Below are positions 18,584 through 28,100 of a stretch of DNA of 64,000 nt, piece by piece. The translations under genes were made by a program, and so were the position numbers. Position 1 is the first letter of the stretch. Every line of letters begins with the position of its first letter. The notes beneath the pieces are model-generated. The model saw nothing but the letters and a program-made list of their open reading frames with translations, made no database searches and had not been told where the DNA came from. The DNA is from a virus. The stretch is from IMG/VR virus record IMGVR_UViG_3300005393_000308; one strand, 5' to 3'.

Positions 18584-21500
18584 TTAACTGATATAGCCGT
18601 ACTTCAACAGTTTGGAGAACATATCTTTTACCGACTGCTCGTTGATTGCCCGGCGGTTGTCCTGGGTGCTTATGTTAATGTTGGTGTTGATGCCGAGCGT
18701 GTCGTTGACGGTTGCTCCTATGGCATTTGACACAGTGTCGTAGTCTATTCCGCCGCGCCTGCGGCCGCGAACTCTAATACGAAGTCCACCCGAACCCTTC
18801 TCTTCTACTGGTATTGCCCGGGCCTTGGGATAAGCCTCTTCTGCAGCGGGTTTTAAGGCTGCTCCTTTCTTGCTGCTGGTGTATGCCCTGCTGTCCTCTG
18901 AGGTAATTTCGTCGCGGTCGCGCGGCTTTAACACTATAGACAGCCCAAGCCCGGTAGCTCCCAAGCCGGCTATGAGTTTCCAGTTGCGAGCAAGGCCCCG
19001 GCCTATTGCTTCCAGGTCGGTTTTCAGCGTCCTGCGACCGATCCCCTCGCCAGCTTCGGCCTGTCGCAGGATTTGTCTTCTGGCTGCCTCTTCCTTGATT
19101 GCTTCATTAAGATTCTTAACAGGACCTTCCCCTTCGCCTCCCGCCGCCCTTCTTCTGGCCGCCTCTTCTTTGATTGCTTCGTTCATATCTCTGACAGCAT
19201 TACTACTAGTACTTGTATCTGTGGTAGAAGGGGCTGTACTTTCGGCAGCTGCAGCTCCCCGGGTCTCAACCGCATCAGTAGAAACTATGTCGGTAACAGG
19301 TGCTGCACTAGTAGGTGTTGTACTAGTAGGTGCTTGTTGTAATTTTGGCTGCTGATTCTGTTGCCAGAGATATTGTTCGATCATTCTACCTGTTCTTCTT
19401 GCTACTGCTGAGTTTTCATCCTGCAGGACATTGGCTATTTCCTTAAGTTCGTCTGGGGAGAACTCCCCCAGTCGCCGCATAAAGATGTCCTGTTTCAGTT
19501 CTGGCGGGCCAGGCACTGGTATAATGGCGTCTTTCGTGATGACATTGCCACCGGAAGAACCCGGCGACGGCCAACCGAGCGCCTCCCATGCGCCCCAAGG
19601 CTGTGGAGAGGCGGCGTAGATCTCTGAACGCAGGCGACCGCTGAGAGTGTTAATAAGATCATCTAAACCGTGCCTATAGCGTAGAGAGCTTATCCTAACC
19701 CTATCACGAGTTCCTGCTCTTACCTGTCTGACCTTATCATACAATTGTTTAACGAGATCGGGCGATTTTAATCCAGTGCTGTCAAAAATAAGCTCTTCAC
19801 CTGGCAGACCGGCTGTAAGTGTAAATGTTTTGACAGCAGGATGTCTGTGTAGTCCAGCTAATCCTCTGTCTTCAAGTTCAGCCATTGCCTGCTGGTATTT
19901 TTCAGCGCGCGCTCTCAAGACAGGATGTTCGGCAATGCGTTTTTCCACTTCTTCTGTGGTTATCCTGCCTGTCTCTTCGTCGCGTACAACGCTCAGGTTT
20001 GGAAGGAGCGCCTCTCTTCTTGCCGCCTCAACAAACTCCTCGGCCAGTTCGGGAGTGTTTATCACAGGTATATGCCGCGCCTCTGCCATTGCAGCTGGCA
20101 GTTTTTCTTCCCTTGCCGCTTGATATAGTATTGTGCTGAGTGCGGTCGGGCTGATGGCCGCACCCGTCTGTGCTATACCGCTTTGCTCTAAATGCCGCGT
20201 CAGGCCGGCAAAAATATCTTCAATTCTCTTTCCGCTCTCCCTGGCTGCTCTATCCATAAACCTCCTGATACGCCTCTCTATGCGCTCAGGAGAGGAAGCG
20301 GTGATGACTATTTCTTGGGGTTCTATGTCCGGAATTTTGGGGATACCCAGGGAATACATACCATGCCGGGGTATCATTACTGGTTCAAGCCCATGTGAGG
20401 TGATAAATTTGCTCCTTGTTTCCTCTACCTGTTTTAGAACCTCTCCGATGGGCGCCTCTAGTACGCCAATCGCCTGATAGCGCCTGGCATCGTCGATGAT
20501 TCTAACGTAAGCCTGCCCTTCTGGACTTTCAAGCCAGTTCTTTACCTGGGGCCAGGCGCGTCTGCGCATCCGCCCGGCTTTTGTCCCGCTCAGCTCCTGT
20601 TTTATGAACTCCTCGCTGCCTAGTGTAGGTTGACTATACGCCGATGTGTCCCTTGGAGGTTTATATCCGGCGCCAAAAAGCAGTTCCTCAGCTGGAGTCA
20701 GCGCCACGCCGCTTTCGAGTTTATCTCCAACCCTTGCATATTCCCTGCTTAAAATGACAGCCGGGCTGGATTCAAAATCTCCGCTTCCCAGTTTTGACAC
20801 AGGGAGCCCCTGTTCTAGCCATGTAACAACTTCACCCAACTTTTTGGGTTGTCTAACTGCTTTCAACACTTCGCGGCGGGCATAGTCCTCGACAAACTCG
20901 TTGTACATCTGCCTTGCCGCCTCTTCACTGGGTAAGTATTCATATTGTTCGTGGAAGCGGCGTGCCAGTTCCAACATACTCGGTGCATGGATGAATTCTA
21001 CCGCTCCGATCTCAACTGGTTTGCCGCCGCTATCGAATTCAACCCTACTAAGAGCAATTTTGTATCTATCTTTATCCTTGATTATTCCCCCGTACTTGAA
21101 TACATCCCTTACCGGTCGTCCTTCTTCGGCGCTGGCAAACGCGCCACCTGCACGAGATACTTTGTGTCTGGCTGCATACCCTCCAACAGGTATTGGCCTT
21201 AAATCTGTCGTTGCTGGCAGTTCGCGCCCCACATGGCTGTACAGCACAGCCAGCTCCGTCTTTATATCTTCCAATCCCCGGTGGGCAGCTTCCCCGGTAA
21301 CGCCAAGCTCCCTTATTATGTTAGCTGTTTTGACTGGCGCGGCGTCGTCTGCCTGCAGTATCGGCTTTACATATCTCTCCACCTGGGCTTCTATTGTGCT
21401 TGGGCCGCGCTGCCCGGCCAACACTAACTTGTCCAGGATTATGAGCTCCGCGCGCGGCATGTCGAAAAGCTTCTCTACTTCCTTTTCAAACTTTGCTCTC

Positions 21501-24500
21501 ACCTTGAGGTCTTGAGCCATGCCGGCAAACATTTTGCTCCACTCATATTCTGCCCTGAGCATATTCTGGCCGAACAGGATAGGCCGCGAGCGCGTGGTCT
21601 TTCTGGCTTCTTTCATCAGTTCCGTCAGCCTTGCCAGCCCCTCGCCGAGTTCTACCCCGTGTTCGCCGAGGTATTTTACTCCACCCCGGGCTGCCTCAAT
21701 AAGCTGCCGCGCTGCCTGGCCATCAAGCTTTACATAGCCGCCTACCGCCTTGCCCGCTGTGCGCCTTAAGATTTCATTATCCGCAAACTTGGCAATGTTG
21801 CGCATGAAATGGAACTTCTCTTCCTCAATGGCAACACTCCCTTTGGCAATGGCCTCTTCAATTTCGCCTGTTACTCTCTCAAGCGCCTCTACCACTTCTG
21901 TTGACGGCTTGAACAGAATACTCTCTTCAGCCAGGTTTTCACGGCTGAATACTCCACCAGGCTCTTTCCTTAGTTTTTCCGCGACAAAACCCACTTCTGT
22001 TGGATAAAACGGCAGGCTCCCGCCAGGTAGAGCGGTGGTTTCCCAGTCAAAACCGATAAGAGTTTTAGAACTCCCGGATCTTATCTTTCTCAGCTTATGT
22101 AACGCTGACAGTGAGATATCCGGTATGTCCTCCAGGTAGATACCTCCTCCCCCTTCCGACAAGGTGATCAGGCTCCTGAAGTTGACACCCGGTTGCCGCA
22201 CGATGGGCAGTTCATCCGCTGGTACGCCCCTTATTTCCTTGAATATCCTGTTTTCGTATTTCTCGAAATAGCCAGCGAGGCTGACCGGTTCTGTCGCGGT
22301 GGTCTCTGTTACTGCCACCACCGGCCCAACTATGTAACGCCTGTTTGTCAGCTGGTTGGTAGCAATAATATCGTGCGTGCCCTGCGCTATAGTTATGGGC
22401 TGTTTATCCTCTCCGGCAAAGAAATCAATCTCCAGTACTCCACCCAGTTCCCGCCGTAAAGCAAGCAGATCCTTAATCCGCCTGAGCGCGTTGTTTTCGC
22501 CTAACCCGGCAAGCTCGACGTTGTACTCCATATCAGGAGCAAACTTCCCCTGTGGTTTTATCTTTAGGGTTTTCAACAGCGTCATCTTGTCCAGGCCGGT
22601 TTGATTCGTAAATGACTCGGTCAGTTTCTCTATTATCCGTTTGCTTTCATTGATATCTCTGCTTTTTTTGAGATCCGCTATCAGGTCTTTGTTCTCCATG
22701 AGAAACTGCGCCACAGCCTCTTTATTTCCTATCAGGTCCTCTGTAAGCATATCTTTGGAGCGCAGTTTGTTGGCTACCTTATCCAGTCTTACTGTAATAG
22801 TCTCCTTGGGATTCTGTCTAGCGGATTCAACCATCTCACCAAGGATCTCCGCAGTGCTCATATCCGATATATGCTTTAAGTGATGCATGGCGCTGGTTGC
22901 ATTCCCGGCCTCATCGCTTAATACCTTCTTCGCGGCGGCTTTCAACAGCCTGACAGTCTCCAGGTCTGTGAGTTTGTGCTGCATTTCCGGCGACTCGATA
23001 ATGCGCAGGTTTTCCTTAATATAGTCGGTCAGGCTGGCGATACTGTTGAAGGCGCCCGACGACTTGATTTCACCAAATATCTCGTCAAGCAGGGACCGCT
23101 CATAGACCCTCTTGGCTCTTTCGTGTTTGAGTATCTCTTGCAGGGTATTTGCGCTGAAGCCTTCTTCGGTGACCGCTATGTCTCCCGGGTAAGCTCCGGC
23201 TGCTTTGTACATGGCAAGCATGCTCATGTTGGCCAGTTCTTCTTTCTCTATCTGCTTGCTCGCCCACGGAGCGTGAGCGATAGCTATGTCGTAGAGCACT
23301 TCGCTCAGCTCGCGCCCAGTCCCCGCCGCGCCCGAAATTATCCTGTTTATATCTGCGACCTGCACGCTGCCGGCGATCACGCTGGCGGTCCTTTCAAAGA
23401 GCTTCTCAAGCTTGTCCGTTCCGATTGTGTGTTTAATCTCTTTTGCCAGTCTGGATGCTTCCTGACTGCCGCGCAGGATACGCTCGAACTCGCCGGCGCT
23501 TACCCCGGGCGCCAGTCTGATGGTGGCGGAAATGTCCTCCGCTCTTATAGACATGGGTTTGATGGTCGCGACCTTTCTTTCGGGGGTTACCGTCACTACC
23601 TCGTACGGGACCGCGCTCCCCGGCACATGTATCGGGTACCGTTCTTTCTCCGCCATTGCAGTCTGCCATTCGGGGGTGTGGTCTGCAACTCTGTGCTCTT
23701 TAGGAACCGGCTCCTGTCCGAATTTGTACACCCTGTATGACTGGTCTATCCCCTCGCTGTAGTGCTTGCCTATGGCGCCCCGCATAGCCTCCATGCCGCC
23801 GGCTTTATCGCGCCATGCAGCAATCGCTTCTACAGTCTCCACAGTTTCTTCGGCTTCGCGCACCCCCTTTCTGGTAACGTGCTGACGCAGGCTGTCCACC
23901 CCGCGGGCGAGCTCTATACTTGCCTTTACCTGGCGTGGGTCGCCGGTGACATCGCCATGAAGCACTCTTGGGATCTCCGGCATTTTGTACTTCTCTGTCG
24001 CCTTCAGCACCGAACGGTATCTTTTTATCTGGCGCTGGTAGGCCCGCATGAGCTGCTCCGCCTCTGCACCTTTTATGCCCGTAGGCCGGCCGCCGGCAAA
24101 GAGTTCAACTTTTCTATCCCCTTTGCTCTTTCTTACAAGCGTAAGCGCGCGTCCACCCAGAACATCCTCAAATGCTTCTTCAGTCCCATAAAACATAGAC
24201 ATATCCACTTTCAGCTTCTTCGTGGTTTTAGCGATATTCCGCAATGCTTTCGCCCTGAGTTCTTTTGCCCTATCCACTGTGCGCCTGACTTCTGATAACG
24301 ACTTGCCTTTGTAAACAGTCTCAAGACCGCGTGTCCCGTAAGAGCTGACAGTGAGTCCACTTTCCTCAAGAGCCGCGCTTATGGCGCTGTTGAAAATCGT
24401 AAGTTCTTTGGTCAGGCCGGCCTTGATGTCGCTCAGTTTATGCTCTACATCATATATCTGCCTGATCGGATCATCCGCCAGGGTGTAAATGTTAAACATA

Positions 24501-25132
24501 TTATTCAGGTCGCTGTACTTTGCGGTAATGGTGATAAAGTCATCTTCCATGGTTTTTATCTTCTCTAAAACACCGCCCCTGACGAGGTTCTGTCGAAGTC
24601 TTTTCTCCACCTCTACTTCTTTGGGTGTCGCCCTTCCCGTCTCGATCATATTCTCCAGCTGTCTGTGTTTGTAATACGTATTGAGCTGTCTTTTTTCCAG
24701 AGCATTCCTGTTTTGCAGTTCCCTCAGTTCATTGAGATACATACCAAGTCTGTCAAGCAGGTTCCTGTTTACATATCCTTCGGACGGAAGCTTTACCGTT
24801 TTGTCAAACAGGTCGCTTAATCCCTGATGAATACCGTAGATGCGCTCGGCAGGTATGTGTTCTGCAGTTTGCAGGCTGACATTGGCAGCATGCTTCATCA
24901 GTTCGTCTACGATATCCCGCAGGGCAATAGTTTCTTTGCCATGCAGCGTGGAGAAGAAATCGTATATGCGATTGGAATGGGCAGGCGACGAAGCCAACAC
25001 GCTTAGATCATGGTAAATAGACCTGCCGATCTCTTCTGCAGCATACTCACGGGTAATTCCCTGTTCCGCAGCTTGCTGAGCATCTGCATAAGCCTCTAAC
25101 AGCCGTTCGTATTCATCTCTACCTGTAGGCAT
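18584..25132 (-). CDS. Giant alpha-helical virion/ejection protein with internal DEDDh exonuclease-like domain
   Basis: 2182 aa; GFDWETT, FGQNMLRAE, AHRGLED; duplicated NEAIKEEAARR; C-terminal hydrophobic helix; directly after TMP. Confidence 0.6.
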   Translation of the reverse strand: MPTGRDEYERLLEAYADAQQAAEQGITREYAAEEIGRSIYHDLSVLASSPAHSNRIYDFFSTLHGKETIALRDIVDELMKHAANVSLQTAEHIPAERIYGIHQGLSDLFDKTVKLPSEGYVNRNLLDRLGMYLNELRELQNRNALEKRQLNTYYKHRQLENMIETGRATPKEVEVEKRLRQNLVRGGVLEKIKTMEDDFITITAKYSDLNNMFNIYTLADDPIRQIYDVEHKLSDIKAGLTKELTIFNSAISAALEESGLTVSSYGTRGLETVYKGKSLSEVRRTVDRAKELRAKALRNIAKTTKKLKVDMSMFYGTEEAFEDVLGGRALTLVRKSKGDRKVELFAGGRPTGIKGAEAEQLMRAYQRQIKRYRSVLKATEKYKMPEIPRVLHGDVTGDPRQVKASIELARGVDSLRQHVTRKGVREAEETVETVEAIAAWRDKAGGMEAMRGAIGKHYSEGIDQSYRVYKFGQEPVPKEHRVADHTPEWQTAMAEKERYPIHVPGSAVPYEVVTVTPERKVATIKPMSIRAEDISATIRLAPGVSAGEFERILRGSQEASRLAKEIKHTIGTDKLEKLFERTASVIAGSVQVADINRIISGAAGTGRELSEVLYDIAIAHAPWASKQIEKEELANMSMLAMYKAAGAYPGDIAVTEEGFSANTLQEILKHERAKRVYERSLLDEIFGEIKSSGAFNSIASLTDYIKENLRIIESPEMQHKLTDLETVRLLKAAAKKVLSDEAGNATSAMHHLKHISDMSTAEILGEMVESARQNPKETITVRLDKVANKLRSKDMLTEDLIGNKEAVAQFLMENKDLIADLKKSRDINESKRIIEKLTESFTNQTGLDKMTLLKTLKIKPQGKFAPDMEYNVELAGLGENNALRRIKDLLALRRELGGVLEIDFFAGEDKQPITIAQGTHDIIATNQLTNRRYIVGPVVAVTETTATEPVSLAGYFEKYENRIFKEIRGVPADELPIVRQPGVNFRSLITLSEGGGGIYLEDIPDISLSALHKLRKIRSGSSKTLIGFDWETTALPGGSLPFYPTEVGFVAEKLRKEPGGVFSRENLAEESILFKPSTEVVEALERVTGEIEEAIAKGSVAIEEEKFHFMRNIAKFADNEILRRTAGKAVGGYVKLDGQAARQLIEAARGGVKYLGEHGVELGEGLARLTELMKEARKTTRSRPILFGQNMLRAEYEWSKMFAGMAQDLKVRAKFEKEVEKLFDMPRAELIILDKLVLAGQRGPSTIEAQVERYVKPILQADDAAPVKTANIIRELGVTGEAAHRGLEDIKTELAVLYSHVGRELPATTDLRPIPVGGYAARHKVSRAGGAFASAEEGRPVRDVFKYGGIIKDKDRYKIALSRVEFDSGGKPVEIGAVEFIHAPSMLELARRFHEQYEYLPSEEAARQMYNEFVEDYARREVLKAVRQPKKLGEVVTWLEQGLPVSKLGSGDFESSPAVILSREYARVGDKLESGVALTPAEELLFGAGYKPPRDTSAYSQPTLGSEEFIKQELSGTKAGRMRRRAWPQVKNWLESPEGQAYVRIIDDARRYQAIGVLEAPIGEVLKQVEETRSKFITSHGLEPVMIPRHGMYSLGIPKIPDIEPQEIVITASSPERIERRIRRFMDRAARESGKRIEDIFAGLTRHLEQSGIAQTGAAISPTALSTILYQAAREEKLPAAMAEARHIPVINTPELAEEFVEAARREALLPNLSVVRDEETGRITTEEVEKRIAEHPVLRARAEKYQQAMAELEDRGLAGLHRHPAVKTFTLTAGLPGEELIFDSTGLKSPDLVKQLYDKVRQVRAGTRDRVRISSLRYRHGLDDLINTLSGRLRSEIYAASPQPWGAWEALGWPSPGSSGGNVITKDAIIPVPGPPELKQDIFMRRLGEFSPDELKEIANVLQDENSAVARRTGRMIEQYLWQQNQQPKLQQAPTSTTPTSAAPVTDIVSTDAVETRGAAAAESTAPSTTDTSTSSNAVRDMNEAIKEEAARRRAAGGEGEGPVKNLNEAIKEEAARRQILRQAEAGEGIGRRTLKTDLEAIGRGLARNWKLIAGLGATGLGLSIVLKPRDRDEITSEDSRAYTSSKKGAALKPAAEEAYPKARAIPVEEKGSGGLRIRVRGRRRGGIDYDTVSNAIGATVNDTLGINTNINISTQDNRRAINEQSVKDMFSKLLKYGYIS

Positions 25133-25145
25133 GTGATGACCTCCG

Positions 25146-28100
25146 TTAGTCTTTCAAAAGCATAGTCGGATCGTTGTTTATTAATCCGGCGATTTCATCA
25201 GTAGGGTCAACCTCTATGTCCAGGTCAATACTTATATCCCTGTCCGCTGGAGTAACCAGTATGTCCATGTCACTTATTCCCATACCGCTCAACAGGGAAT
25301 GCAGCCTGTCCCGCAGCCGGGCGCCATGCTCAGCTGGTTTGAACGGTTTTGGGGCGGGAGTTTTCAGCTGCGCTGCCCTGGCCTCATCGTCAGGCCAGAC
25401 ATCAAACTCCGTCTCATCCATTGCCTCATGTTTCACAATCTTCACTTTTATGTCCTGTAGGTTGATATTGGGCAGCCAGCCTTCCCACTTTTCGTCAGGC
25501 AGGAAGTGCTTCTCAAAGTATTCCTCCAGCTCGGGTTTCTTGGGAGGCTTTTCGCCGCGCATCGGAGCCAAACCATACAGTATCCAATCCGGGACCACCT
25601 CTTTTAACTTCTCATACTCCTCTTTCGGCATCTGCATGAAGTATTGGAAGTAGCGGCGTTCCTTCTGGGGCAAGGCCCGCAGGAAGTTTACCAGCGGTTC
25701 GCCTGGTTCATAGCCGTACATGGTCTGTTTCATCAAGTTGTAATATTCCAGGGCTTTTGAAGCATGGGGTGGTAGCTGGAACAGGGGTTCCGCCAGGGCC
25801 TTGGACAGTTCGCTTAGCTCAAGGTTGATGCCGCGCTTGATCCGCTCGATATACCTCTGCCGGCGCTCGTGTCTGTTTTTCGGTTTCTCTTCATCTTCTT
25901 CTTCCGGCGGCAGTGTGATGTGGTACTTCCCGACCAGCCTGTCCAGGTTTACGCGCTCTCCTTTTGTGTACAGCAGGCGCTTGGCGCTGAGCAGATCCTT
26001 TGTTCTTTTCTTGCGCTTATCTTTGATCTTTCGCAGAGTATCCAGGTAAGCATTTACATCGAAGTCTTCTTTCTGTTTGGCCTCCCTGGTTTCCCTTTCA
26101 AACAGACGCCGGTATTTGACGTACTTGAGAATATCGACATATTGCTCTATCTCCCACTCTTTCCTGCGCCTTTCGGGTATCCATTTGCGGCCGCTGACAA
26201 GTTCGTAACCCATACGGTATAGACTGCCGGCACCAACCACAGCGCCGCCGACGAGTGCTCCGATGATGCGGCCGTAGCGGCTTCGACCGAAGAAACTGCC
26301 CAGGATCATGCCGCTGGCTACTGCCAGGAACGGGCTTCTGGCCATGAAAGACTGGTAGGTAGGGACGATGTAGTCGCTGACTGGACGTTCCCATGTCTGG
26401 AAATCCTTGCCATAAACTTGGCGTCTTACCCAGTCCTCATAGGCACTGCGCACCTGGAGAAGCTTGGTATGGAAGAAACTGTCAGTGTGGGCAAAGCGTT
26501 CCCATAGACTGCCGGTGAGTCTCTGAAGCCAGCTGTACCGTACCTGTATTGCCGGGGCAGAGTAGTCGCTTTCCTTCTCGTGTGCCCAGCCGCGCAGCAG
26601 AAGGGCGCGGTTGAGGTTGAAGCCGTTTACCCACACCGCGGCCCGGATGGTACTATAGGTGTCTTCCTTGAACTTCTCTTCCGGGTCGTACCCAATCCTG
26701 ATTTTTGTGCCAGGCTTTAAGACGCTGTTTAGCCACTCGCCTGCCTGCCGGGCAACCTTGTCGGTTTTGCCGGCCGGGACGTGTATGCCGGCCAGGCGGA
26801 CGGGATGTTCAGGATATTCTTTAGTCAGGATAGTGTTCTGGTCGATTACCTTATCTACAGTTACCGTCTCGTATTTGAGATCTTTATATCTAAACCTGTA
26901 CGGATACAGGCGGAGCGGCTTCTTCCTCTGCCTTACCCGTTCTCTTATCTGCTTGACCTCTTCCCGTTCCTCCGGCGTGAGCTTCATCTGGCTCATCAGT
27001 TTACTGTACTGTTTGTACTCTTCCGACCACGGAGCTACTGCCGCGAGGATTCGGAAGCGGTTCAGCGGGTCGTAGAACTCAAACCTGTTAATCCAGCCCG
27101 CCCTGTCCAGTTTGGCCAGGAGTGGGTCTTTCTTGATCATCTCGACAATAGGCATATGGTGTAAGGCTTCATAGGCGCCGCCGGGAAGCAGAAGTTCGCC
27201 ATAACTACCAGCTCTGGAGTATGGATCGCCTGTATGAAAATCAACAAGAGCATATTCTGGACCGGGCAGCCACGACGGCATGGTATTTATGATCGGATCG
27301 TAGTAGTCCTGCCACTTCTCTCTGCGGCCTACGGCGCGGCGGAGGATTTCGTTCAGTTCGCCGCCCAGGCCGCCGATCTCCGTCTCCCAGAAGCGCCTTC
27401 TGTGCGACTCCATAGCCCGCGAATCTGCGATGTATTTCTGGGCTGCGTTTGTCTTGTATCTCGGCTCACCCCAGACGGCCTCTATAGCAAAGCCGTAGAA
27501 GCCGCCCATCTCCTTGACATTCTCCCAGAACTGCCCCAAGCGTCCGGCAAGACTGCCCTTATTGGTAACTTCCCTGTTGTACTCGTCAACTATCTTCCGG
27601 TTTACCAATCCATTGACCTGGTTTCCGAGTTTGTTGGCTATATAGTTCAGCAAAAGCAGGCGCTGTGCTTCTATATTTGAAGCAAGGATGTCAGCCTGGG
27701 TGGTAAGCTTTTCCTTCTGCTTCTCGTCAAGATCTCTGGCCACAGCTACAGCCATACCCATGTCTATGCCGCCGGCCCCATAGATTTTGTCCTCGCCTGG
27801 CGGCCCGAGGTCTTTCGCCGAGCGCAGCATGATGTATCGTATCTCATCCGGACTAAGATCCGGCCGCACGGCTTTGAGCATGGCTGCGGTCGCCGCCACG
27901 AACGGAGCCGCCATAGATGTGCCCGATAGGGCCGTGTACCCCTTCCGCTTCTTCTCCTTTTGTTCAGATGACAGTTCTTCGGGATACGTGCTCACTATGT
28001 CGGAACCTGGAGCAGCGATATCAATACCCAGGCCGTAGTTGGAGTAGTATGCCTTCTTAAGCTTACCCTTCTCATCTCTTTCCAGGGCACCAGTAGAGAT

